Part shown: piece after piece, positions 1-10,379 of the stretch
How the letters are laid out: every line of letters begins with the position of its first letter
How positions within the stretch are numbered: the first letter of the stretch is position 1
Origin: Basidioascus undulatus
Lineage: Eukaryota
Length of the DNA: 35,868 bases
Assembly: GCA_000826855.1 (NCBI GenBank)
Contig: JTLS01000063.1
Location: forward strand, 1 to 35,868
Reading direction: 5' to 3'
Translations under genes and position numbers: made by a program
The notes under the pieces: model-generated
What the model was told of the DNA's origin: nothing
What the model saw: only the letters and a program-made list of their open reading frames with translations
Databases searched by the model: none

Positions 1-814
1 GATGCGTGCGAGTTGGAGGGAGTGTGGAATGGACAATGCTTATCCTATTGCAAACGACTCCACATGCCCAGTTTGACCTTGCCGCTCACCCTTCCATGCA
101 ACGAGACCCGCACGCTCACTCGCAACCACCGACATGCGCGCCGACCTTGGCTCCTGACACCGCATATGCGGACATGCTGATCGGCCGGTGCTCCATCGAT
201 CGGAAAGATCGCAAAGATGAGCGGACCAAGCGACCAAGCGTGGCTCTCGGCGTGTCAGTCGCATTCACCTTTAGGCGAGCCTCAGCCCGCGGTATTCGCC
301 CGCGCTGGCCTTAGCCCGTCGCTTTGCCGTTCATGGTGCTGGACTCCAGATGCGGGTGGTGTAATACCGCCGTACAGTCGTCATCCACGGTCGCTCTGTG
401 ACGGGCATCCTAGTTAAATGGCGGAGGTGGCAGCCTTCCATCAAAGCCCCTTGAGTGACCCGTGCTCCCCGAACCGCTGTCCACTTTGCTGTGCATCTAC
501 ATGTCTCTCCTGAACCCATTGGCAGAAGGCGGGACCCAGTTTCGCTCAAGTTAATCTCCTCCGCAGGGTAACTGCTGCGACTCAAAGCCAAGACTATTGT
601 ATGGCAACTCTCGTTCTTCCCTCTTCTCGCTTTCAGCAGGGCGCACACAACATTCTGCCTCTGCATGTCCGTCGTTCCGCACAGTTGCCATCTAGTGTAG
701 GACGGATATGCCCCGAAATCTACCGCTGCGAGTCGCGCTCGCAGCAGTGTTGAGGCATTTCCGTTTGCTGGTTCAACGTTCACTGTCACCGTTGCATACT
801 TACATCCAGTCATC

Positions 815-884
815 CACCCTGCTTTTGGTGTATGTTCCTGTGCGCCACTTGTTCACGCTGCTTTCGGTGTATGTTTCTGTCCGC
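815..884. repeat. Two-copy imperfect direct repeat with a 39-bp period
   Basis: caccctgcttttggtgtatgttcctgtgcgc (815-845) aligns with cacgctgctttcggtgtatgtttctgtccgc (854-884), with 4 mismatches in 31 nt. Confidence 0.8.
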
Positions 885-1187
885 TCAGAGCGGGTTCAGG
901 TAGAGGATTGATAGCCGTTCGAGTTTCATGACAGGGGAAAGCAACAGCATCCCAAGTCCAACTTCTTTGAGCTTACACTCTCTGGGTTTGCTAAGAAAAC
1001 ATCCTTATTTTGGTATACACAACATTCGTCTACCCCCTACGGGACTCTATGAGCCCTGGAGTTTCTGCTTTGAATCGACACGAGGACGCTGAGTGAGGGT
1101 CGGACGCGACTTCAGGTTCCCCAGTGCTCGAGGGGGGAGCAGTGGGACTACGGCTCCAAGATGTATCGATGGGGTCCGCGACCACCG

Positions 1188-2313
1188 CTAGGGTCGCGGG
1201 GCGAGCCCAGCGATGGAGCTCGTGTCCTGGTCCATCTCCGAGTGGACCGAGGCGACTGAGTGACCGGGAAAGTATTCCACTCCCCAGTGGGTATGCCTGG
1301 CCTCGTCAGCGCCGCCGTCTGAGACGGAGCCGTCTTTGGAGTCGGTCGTGGGCGTCTCGACAGGCCCTATCGCATCCGCTGCGTTGGCGTCGCCGGTCGG
1401 TCCGGAGGTCTCAACCTCCAGTTCCACCTGAGGAGCGGAGCTGAATGTCAACGCCTTCTCTCCGTTACCTGACAATGGCAGGCGGACAGACCTGGACATG
1501 GATTCGCCCGAATGTGTTGAGCGACACGGTCCCGCCAAGCGCCGTCCCAGCCTCGCCGCTAGAGCTGACGTTCGAACCGCGAATTACAGAGCGAAGCAGT
1601 CGGATTCCTCGTAATATAGCCGGGTCAAAGAGGGTGAGGAGTGCGTCTGCCCGGAGCGTGGAAAATAATTGTTATGATGCGTGGTAGACATGGCGCTTAA
1701 TTTATAGACAAGCGGACGGGATGGCAAAAAGGACGTTGTAGACGCCGTAGAAGATGTAATTTCCCTGCCGAATACGCCGCCTGCTGCAGCGAAGTGTACT
1801 GTGCACCGGTTGCACTAGAGTGCTCAGCTATTGCCAACTCTCCATCAGGAACGAGAGAAAGACCTACGATCGCCAGCGGTGATAATCAAGTTGAGGATGC
1901 AGCTGATTGTAGGGTATACAGCTGTTGAGGTGCAATAAGCCTCTTCAGGATAGCTACATCAACGTCCCAATGCGCAAAACGATCCCCCGGAACCGCTCGT
2001 CAGACGCGAGCATGTTTCTCGCGGCGCTGCTGACGCTCCCACGACGCTGTCTCCGCTTTTGGTCGCTGTTACTTGAGAAAGGTCGCTGTGTCACCGAGCG
2101 AAGTCGAGCGCTCCCCAGAGCGGGAGGTCGAGATGCCCAGGTTGCGCATCGCGATGAACTCTGCGGGGTTGTGGAGCGGTAAACAAAACACAGGCCTAGC
2201 AGTTGGACTTATAGGCTGAAGATATTTCACACCCGCAAACGCTCGGTTGGGAGATAGGGAACACTTTCCCCACCGGGCGCGTCGAGAGAGGCCGTAGCAG
2301 AGGAGGTCGCCAT
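1188..2313 (-). pseudogene. Decayed GPCR-like (7TM) membrane protein gene; N-terminus plus last two TM helices and tail remain
   Basis: Hand translation gives MATSSATAS...ERLRV*NIFSL*VQLLGLCFV (stops at 2227-2229 and 2209-2211). It continues as ...FRGIVLRI(A)VYPTISCILNLIITAGDL...NYIFYGVYNVLFAIRPLVYALLTLFDPAILRGIRLLR...VELEVETSG...APRP*. This resembles, from memory, the RIxLYP and DP motifs of TM6-TM7 in basidiomycete GPCR-like proteins. The model needs broken donors (GG at 1967, AT at 1705), an extra base near 1720 and probably a missing base near 1760. Confidence 0.55.
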
Positions 2314-4139
2314 GTCGTTGGTAGAGCCGCAGGAACGGAACGAGGACGGTGTTAGCGAATCGAGCAGAGGAAGAGAGTAGGGAAGAACACCAAGAGCACA
2401 GGAGACGTATGAAGGGGAAGACCAATGCATGTTGAGACGCCTTCGGGTCAAATGTTTGGTCGAGGGATGTCAACGTATCAATCTTTGTCTCGTCTCGCTT
2501 GGACCTCATGTCCACGGTTAAGTTGTCTGATGAGCGGCGCCCCAACACGCCTTTTTTATTATGAACAGACGCCGAGCGGTGCTGGAGACAAGGTCAGACG
2601 ACTCAATTGGGTGGCCTGCTTGCGACGTTATCTAGGACCCAAGTGCTCGAGGTGTATTTTTCTCTTCAATGCCCATGGGGTCCGCGGCAAACGGAAGTCC
2701 CTGCTAAAGACATTCATTCGTGATAACAGTTATCCCAGCACCAGCACCCAGAGGTCCCAAAGGCTCGCAAAGTTCATCTTTCTTGACCATACGACCCTCC
2801 GGCATACGTCAGCAAGTAGTACTGTACCTAAAAGGACACCATAGGACCTCAAGAGGCGGTTATCTGCTGACATGCAGGCTCCTAGAAACAGTGATGGAGG
2901 AAACCACGAGATCACTTCTTGTCGGGGCGTGGCAGTCACTGGCACACCCTCACACTGCATTTAGCCGCGCGCCACTAAGCGCCGTGAGCCGCTACGACCC
3001 GCGCATCTTTGATTCGCTCCTCCTCATGCGCCTGCTGGAAATGCAGACACACCTACTCGTTTACAGAGTCCCTCAGCCTCACAAACCTCGCATGACCAAT
3101 CCCAGCACTCGTTTTGGAGGACGCGAGGGTCTATGGACAGCGGTAGCTCGGCTCATGTGAGTCTGGTCAGACACCAGCTCAGGCCTTCGAGCACCGGAGC
3201 TGGACTCCATGCTTCTCATAAGCGTGCCTCATAAGTTTCATGTAGAGCCCACCGAAACTCCCTCAGCCGTATGTTACACTGTTTCGGGTAGTTACAGGCC
3301 ACCGGCAATCGCTCGCGTGAATGTCGCACTCCTAGAAGGCAGCCCCGTGCGTAAGAAACACTCGTCCTCACCATTTTTTCTCGATCACATGTTTTTTTCC
3401 TGGCCAGTCCCCCAGGAACTAAGCACAGCCGAGGCAGCTTGGAGCGGAAGAGGTGGTACATGTAGCGTGGAAAGTGATCCCATCGCTCTCAGCAACCCGA
3501 CATAACTGTTGTATTCCCTCCAAAACGCTGTCATGTCACGCAAGTCCCTAACGTATTAGCCTGCCTACACTTCCGTAAAGCACCACCCACCAAGAATAAT
3601 AGTGCGACTCAGCCTCTTTGCCCCCTATCCCAGCTTGTCTCAGCCTCACTTCGTTTACGAGTAGCTAGTGGGGACAGTGACTTACTGCATCGCCTGCCCA
3701 CAAAAGGTGTTTAGGTAAAATATGTGATACAACTATCTCATGTCGAACCGGATATGTCATTAATATCGTGTGTATTGCTACTCAGGCTATTCCCACTGCG
3801 ACGGTGAAGTGGACGTTGTTTCGGTCGAGGGCCGCTGAGCAGTGTGCTGGTATTTCGACCGTCGCCAGCTCTGTAAGGGCAAGGGTTTCATGCATTCGAT
3901 CAAAGGGTCCTGAGTACGGACCACTGCCAAACTAGTCATACCTCGAGGGTCGCTGAGGCATTGGCAGTACCGCCACTACTCTCTCAGGAAGTAGCCCCTT
4001 TTGCATTATGAGACCGAAAGTCTCACGTGATCAAGGTGTCTGTGTGCATTTATTTCATTCAAGCCCAAAGGGAGCAACCCTCCATGAAGGAGAGCGTGAC
4101 CGTCTGAGCGGCCGTCATTGTTGAGGACTGCCGCGGGCA

Positions 4140-4154
4140 GCCGGAAGTTCCGGC
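4140..4154. promoter_or_regulatory. Palindrome GCCGGAA-G-TTCCGGC, candidate Zn2Cys6-type site
   Basis: Perfect 7-bp inverted arms around a 1-nt centre, about 660 bp upstream of the aminotransferase ATG. Function is inferred only. Confidence 0.3.
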
Positions 4155-4636
4155 GCAGTGCGAGCGTGCATCACTCAACCTTCCCCACAGGGTTGTATGA
4201 ATTCATTTTAAACCTTCTTTCGGGATGACCAGTCAGCAACAACACAAGTTGCGACAACCGAGATGCGAGGAGAGCCACGCGGTTCAACAAAGTGCCTGAC
4301 CTCGGCTAGGAAGCTGTGGCCGTCGGTCAAGTGGCCCCTCGGTGCAGTCACGAAGGGACTGAACTGTACAGCTTGCGTGAGCATTGGTTGCCAAGATGCT
4401 TCATAGGGGACCGGTCAATGATAAGCCGAAGTTCCCCCCCCTCGAAAAATGCCAAGCTCTGCGCTCTCAGCGTCGTCAGTCAACTGTTGTTGGGATGATG
4501 AGCGAGGCAATTCATAACCTGGTCCCAAAAAGCTCATTCAAATTTCACCTATATTGTACTGAATACAAGGCATGCGAATAAAAGCCTTTCAGTAGCACTG
4601 ATTAGATAAGGTCCAGGAACGACCTTTATCAGCGAC

Positions 4637-4659
4637 GGCCGGGGCGGCCGCCCCCGGCC
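4637..4659. promoter_or_regulatory. GC-only near-palindrome rich in CCG/CGG triplets in the aminotransferase promoter
   Basis: ggccggggcggccgcccccggcc is self-complementary except for one extra C and lies about 160 bp upstream of the ATG at 4816. Confidence 0.35.
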
Positions 4660-4815
4660 AAACACGCGGTGGCCCGTCCGGGGTTCGCTTGGGTTTGCCC
4701 CGTCTGCCCTGACAACTTTTAGTCCTTGCCCTTCGCTCCCATTGTCTTTCATGGCCGCATAGCCCTTATTACCCTTTCTGCATCGGGATACCTCCATTAC
4801 ACTCTATAGATCACC

Positions 4816-7417
4816 ATGGACCTCTCACACCACCTCTCCGCTGAAGCCCGGAGGCGTCAGCCGAGCCTGCTGAAGGGTGAGTGAGAGTGACACGGAGATC
4901 GCTTGTCGACGGCATCAGTGACTCATCTTTCGACTCCATTAGAAACTTACAAGTACATGATAATGCCCGTACGCTAACACTTGCCAAAGCATTACGACAT
5001 TTGTCCAAACTGATGATCCCTACCAGGACATGAGGTCGCTGGGAGGAGGACTGCCGCACGTACGTCTTCAGCATCGCATTTAAGCTCCGAGGTGCTTCGA
5101 TCTTGCTCACCTTTGTTCTTAGCCGTCCATGTTCCCCATCTCGCACGCTTCGTTCGACTTCCCTGTCCCTCCGCTTGCGCCAGGCGAAGAGGGAGAGCCG
5201 AGCGGAAATGGGAAGTTGGAGCTTTGGAGCGGGGAAGGGCCCAACGGGCAGCGCAGCACTTTGGATCTCAGTAAGTTTAAGGCTTGAGATATTGAGAAAT
5301 AACGCTAACTTGAGGCTTTTTTGACTGCAGCTGTTGCTCAGCAATGTACGACATGAACCCTTGACATTTGAAGCTCGCCTGGTACTGAAAATAATGCACA
5401 GACGCTGCCGGCGCCGGGTTCCCCGAACTCACTGCCCCTTTCGAGGCCCTTACCAAGCTCCTGCACTCTCCGCCTTCGGAGGCAAAGCACGAGGTCGCGT
5501 GCACACAGGGAAACACCGACGGTGTGTCCTATCAAGGTGGAGTTTTTACCATGAGCTCGTACTGACCAGTATGGGATGCGTGCAGGTGTCGCGAAGGTTA
5601 TGCGCTTGCTTCTGAACGTGCGTACTGGAGCTATGCGTCTAGACGTCTTTCTTGACAGAAATAAATCTACAGCCCGGTGACAACATGCTTTTCGAGGAAT
5701 TCACGTAAGTCGGGCGCTTCAGCGCAACCTACAGCATCAGTCCTTACGACCTTTGATCTGTTTCAGTTTCCCGGGTCCTGTCGAAAACGCTCGCTCGATG
5801 GGCGTTGGGCTCGTCCCAGTCCGCCTCGACTCGCACGGCGCTGACCCGGCCCGCCTGGACGAGATGCTGGAATCCTGGAACGCGGAGGTGGCTGGCCCCA
5901 AGCCTCGCGTTTTCTACATGATCACGGTTGGGCAGAACCCCACAGGTTTGTGACGCCAGTCGGTTGCACCGCTGCGAGAATCCAATTGAGAGACTGTACT
6001 ACAGGCACTACGGCGAGCCTTGAAAGGCTTCAGGCCCTCTATGAGGTCGGGAGGAAGCACGACCTCGTGCGTATAGCGTCCGGCTGATATACTAAGTGTA
6101 CCCTGCTCATGCATCTACTGCCCACAGATTTTCCTCGAGGACGACCCTTAGTACGCTATATCTTCCCATTCTGCTAGCATGCAGCCTCGTGGGATCGTCG
6201 ATCGCTTATCTCCTAACGCAGCTACTTCATCCAGCTTGGACCTTACGTCCCGAACCGGTCCAACGCGTCTCGCACTCCGCAGTCAAATGGATTGAACGGC
6301 CACAGCAACGGTCATCACACTGACGCTGCCGAGCTCGAGGTGCAGGGGGTCGCCGGCGCCCCGCCTTCCGAGTCCTCCATGAATGCCTTCTCGAAGTCGC
6401 TGTGCAAGACGTTGCTGTCTCTGGACATGGACGGCCGCGTAGTACGGATTGACACTCTTTCCAAGATCATCTTCCCTGGAAGCCGTCTTGGCTGGGTCAC
6501 ATTGAACCCCCTCTTCCGCGTATGTTTCGCGCTTTTCATCAGACAAAGCATCATGCTCAAAGCTGGGGTCAGGAACGCTACGAACGGATCTCGGAGGTTT
6601 CGACGCAGATGGGCAATGATAAGTCAACCTTGAACTGTAAGGCTTTATGTGTGCTGACGTGATGGGGCGATATCTACGCATCGGGCAAGCTCTGTTTGCG
6701 CAGATGCTTACTCCGCCGTCGAAGGGGCCCAACAACGGTGGATGGGGTCTCGAAGGATTTGCCCGCTGGATCAACCACGTCGTAGGTCCCAATCTTATTT
6801 CGCTATGCTGTGATCTCTATCCTGGCTAAGCGATAACCGCCGAACAGCGGAGATCCTACGCTGCGAAGCGTGACTTCTTCCTCGATGTCCTGCGCAGGGA
6901 ATGTCCGCCGGAGCTAGGGTTCGTCAGCTGCGTCGCTGCGGAGGCGGGCATGTTCATCTGGATCCGGCTTCACCTGGAAAAGCATCCTCGGTTCGAAATC
7001 GACGAGACCAAGAGCCCGAAAACAAACACTGCGGCTCTTGTGGATGAACTGTTCCATTTGGTGCGTCTGCTGCCTCTCACCACACCAAGCCTGCGCATTG
7101 TGGCTGACGTTGCTCACGCTTGATTCGTTCCAGCTCGTCACCGAGGGATGTCTCATTCTTCCCGCCCACTTCTTCGCGATCCAGCACACCCTTCCTGCGG
7201 ACTTCGAGGGCAAGGGCGAGCGCCTTGCCGACGACATGCGGGACCGCTGCGGTGAGTCTCTTGCTCGCGACCATGTCTAAGGAGAGCAGACTGACAACAC
7301 ATCACTGTAGGGTTCCTCCGCGCGACGTTTGCGGGTACGGAGGAGATTATGGAGACCGCTTTAGTTCGCTTCGGCAAGACCATGAAGGCGTTTTTCGCGC
7401 CAGCCGTTGAGGCGTGA
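4816..7417 (+). CDS. ARO8: Aromatic amino acid / 2-aminoadipate aminotransferase (class I/II PLP enzyme, Aro8-like), multi-exon
   Basis: The spliced model reads MDLSHHLSAEARRRQPSLLKETYKYMIMPDMRSLGGGLPH...QGNTDGVAKVMRLLLNPGDNMLFEEF...ITVGQNPTG...EDDPYYF...RVVRIDTLSKIIFPGSRLGW (PLP lysine)...GMFIW...FLRATFAG...FFAPAVEA*. The introns I checked are GT-AG. Confidence 0.92.
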
Positions 7418-8350
7418 CTCCTCCCCTCACGACGCCCACTGCTTGTTCCCTCCTGCATCCTACATTCTTTCGCTTCACTAAGTCGCCAGTATGGATGCTT
7501 TTATTCGGAATGCCTTTTCAAATCTGCCGACTAGATCTTACTAGTTGCTTGCAGTCAAGCCGGGGCCAAAAGCGGGGTAAATCTGATGAATGAGACCCGC
7601 CCGCATCGCCGCAATTCGTGGATGAGGAACACACTGAATGTCGATATGTTTATGTCGGACTCTGCTGCTGGGATGATAGACTTGAACTACGCATTTCCTT
7701 GGAAAGACTGTCCCAGGAAGCATGTGTCGCAACCTGCGGACACTCAAAGCACACCGACACGTGGAGAAAGTCGCAACTGGCCATGCAAATGTAAAGCGGA
7801 ACACTGAAAACCCTGATAAAGTAGAGGTTACCTTTCCCCTTCGGGCCATGGAGCGGCCAGGTTCCATACCGAAGATGTTCAACTCTGCAGCGTGCGAGCG
7901 TCAGGCCTGCCGGAAACAACAGGCCGTTGACGGCTGACGATTTCCCCTACTCCTGGGCGTTATACACAAGGGTTTCCTGTCCGTGTATTCAGATAGGCCA
8001 TATATGGGTCGGACTGCTGCGTCTCGCGCTTTTGCGGAATAATCTGCCCACGGTGACAGCGGATTTCCCATGCAAACTACTGCAGCTCTGTCTTTTGACA
8101 GAAGCGTGTCGAAGCAAGCGTCCGATATGTCAAAATTGTTCATAAATCCGAATAATGCTCTTATACAAAGGTGGAGGGAGCTTTTCGTGGGCAAGAAAGG
8201 ATTCTGGACGAGCTGAACGAGATGCGAAGCAAATGACCGGACGTGGCATTCGTTTTGGCTAATTGGAAATGCTTATCCTCCTCCGCCTCCGATCGAAAAG
8301 ATAGAGCGTTAAAAGGGAGCTATCGTGATCCACTATGTACAGTTTTGTAC

Positions 8351-9726
8351 TCAAGCGTTGGCGTTGCCGGCGGCTGTGACGGCTGTGGCCTGCTGCGCTA
8401 GGACGTCGGCGAGGGTGCCTTTGAGGTGAGCGACCTCCTCGCTATGAAAAATGGGGGAAAGTGAGGGACAAGTTTGTATTTTTACTAGTTATTGACAGAC
8501 TGACCGGAGGGCCATAACTGTCTCACGCAGTGTGTCGTTTTCCGTTGCGAGCTCCTCCGTCTGCTCCTGTAGCGTCGACAGCCACCGCTTTTTACGTAGG
8601 CGACAACGCATCGCGGCTGTATTGGATATTGTGTATGAATGATTCTTGTTATTTCTCGATAGAAGAGCAGCCTGGAGACTTACCCTGGCGATTTCTCGAT
8701 AGCACATCGGCCTTCTTCTCCTCCTCCGTGAGGGGACGCCCGTCCTTCGTCTTCTGCTTGCCGTTGCCCGCCCGCCCAACTGGCTTTTGAATTGGAGGGA
8801 CGTCCTCACCCAAGTTCACCGTCCTCCAGGCCGCTGTTCCCGGCCCCGACAGCGCGATTGAACGCCGCTTGCGCGGTATGAGCCGCGGATGCGGCGGCGG
8901 GACGACATCGAAGGTCGACAGCTCGTTGATAGACGACGGAGTGGGCGATACCGACAACCCGGAGGATCCCTGAGAGTACGTGAGAGGAGGAGTGGAGCAC
9001 GGATTTGTGCTCAGTCCCGAGTTGGTTTGCGAAGCAAGTTCCTGCCGGAGAAGCCAAAAGGTGTCGGCACACAAGGCTGCGTGTTCCGCAAGTGCCGGAC
9101 ATCATAGAACGAAGAAGGACGAACCTCAAGGGTCGTACAGTTCCCAACAAGCATTCCCCCTCCTCCCGAAGGCGCCATCAAGTTACCCGGAGCGACGGTT
9201 GACTCGCCCTCGTACGGTCGTGGGTGATGCAGCTCGGGCACGTTCGACGCCGCATCCGTCTCCTCCGCGCCGGCGGCTAGCCACTTGAGGAGCTCGGCCG
9301 CCCCCGCGATGGCGTCCGTGTCCTGCACGTCCGACGGGAAGGTCATAGAAGGGTCGATAGGGATATCGACCAGCTGCCCGACATCGCAGTCTGGGCTTGG
9401 CGGATCCTCCGCGGGGTGCGGCTGCTGCTGCTCGACAGACAAGAAGAGGCTCGCGAATGGATCGGGCTCAGGCGCGTAGCGGGGAGAGGGCGCGGACGGC
9501 TGGATCTCATTTCGACGGGCGCGGGAAGCGGGTCGATAGAGAGGGGAGCGCGTGAAGGGGAGGTCCAGGTGGTCGATGCCAGAGTTGAGGGTGGTGGGCC
9601 CGGTGGACAGGGCGCTTACGGGGGCTAGGACATAGTCTCAGCGCCAGATCCTATAAGGCCTTATACCTCTTCGAAGGGTCAACCAGGATTTTGTTGAGCT
9701 GACTCACCCTCGTCGAGGGCATCCAT
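8351..9726 (-). CDS. bZIP transcription factor (ATF/Sko1-like), multi-exon
   Basis: The spliced C-terminus reads EEEKKADVLSRNRQ|AAMRCRLRKKRWLSTLQEQTEELATENDTLRETVMALR|EEVAHLKGTLADVL...ANA*, a basic region followed by leucine heptads. The start MDALDE at 9726 is followed by a gtgagt donor. The N-terminal region is low complexity, so the start and middle exons are less certain. Confidence 0.85.
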
Positions 9727-10379
9727 GCTATCCCTGAGCTCGCAGAAACCTCACAAAGCGTCGGGCTGCCTGCCGCTTTCGTTTTTGGGAAGACAAACCG
9801 CGCTGAAATTGACCTTCCTTTTGCGCATCAGTATCCGGTTTATACAAGTATACCATTACCTGTTTAGGAAAACGTACCTGACGAAGGGCAGAGTCCAAGC
9901 ACAGGCGAGAATGTCGAGATGGGTCACAGGCGTGGACGTTTGGCTGTAGAACAGCGCAGCGCGGGTATCTGCCCAGACGGTCGGGGCGGAGGGGCTCTGT
10001 AGCGCTCGTTGTTCTATCGTGTTCTTCAGGATGATTCTTGTTGGTTCGGGGTAGCAGTTGCTGGGCGGGGCGAGCAAGAGGTCGCGTGTTGGCAGGCGGT
10101 GTCCGTAGCCCAGATATCCACACCAGGTGGCTGGACTGCAGACCGTGTACAGTTCGAAAATGTCTTGAAAGGGAACCAATCTTGGGGATACCTTCTCAAG
10201 TCCTTACGCAATTTCGGTACAGATCAGCCAGGAGGCCGGCGGCTGGGCTCTCGATGCCAGCGGAAGAAAATGACAACGACTACACGTGCCTCGAGTTTCT
10301 TCTTGCAATGTCCTGCTAGAAAGGTTCAGGGGAAATAAGCCACACTCAATGTGACATTGAGTTCTAAAAAAAAGGGCGC

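Noticed and set aside
7541..8194. Minus-strand ORFs containing AAVVCMGNP (cutinase-like) and HIDIQCVP (HIT/CwfJ-like) words
   Set aside because: These are single short word matches with no supporting motifs or coherent splice model.
9856..10338. ORFs of about 100 aa on both strands upstream of the bZIP gene
   Set aside because: They have no recognisable motif or supported exon chain.
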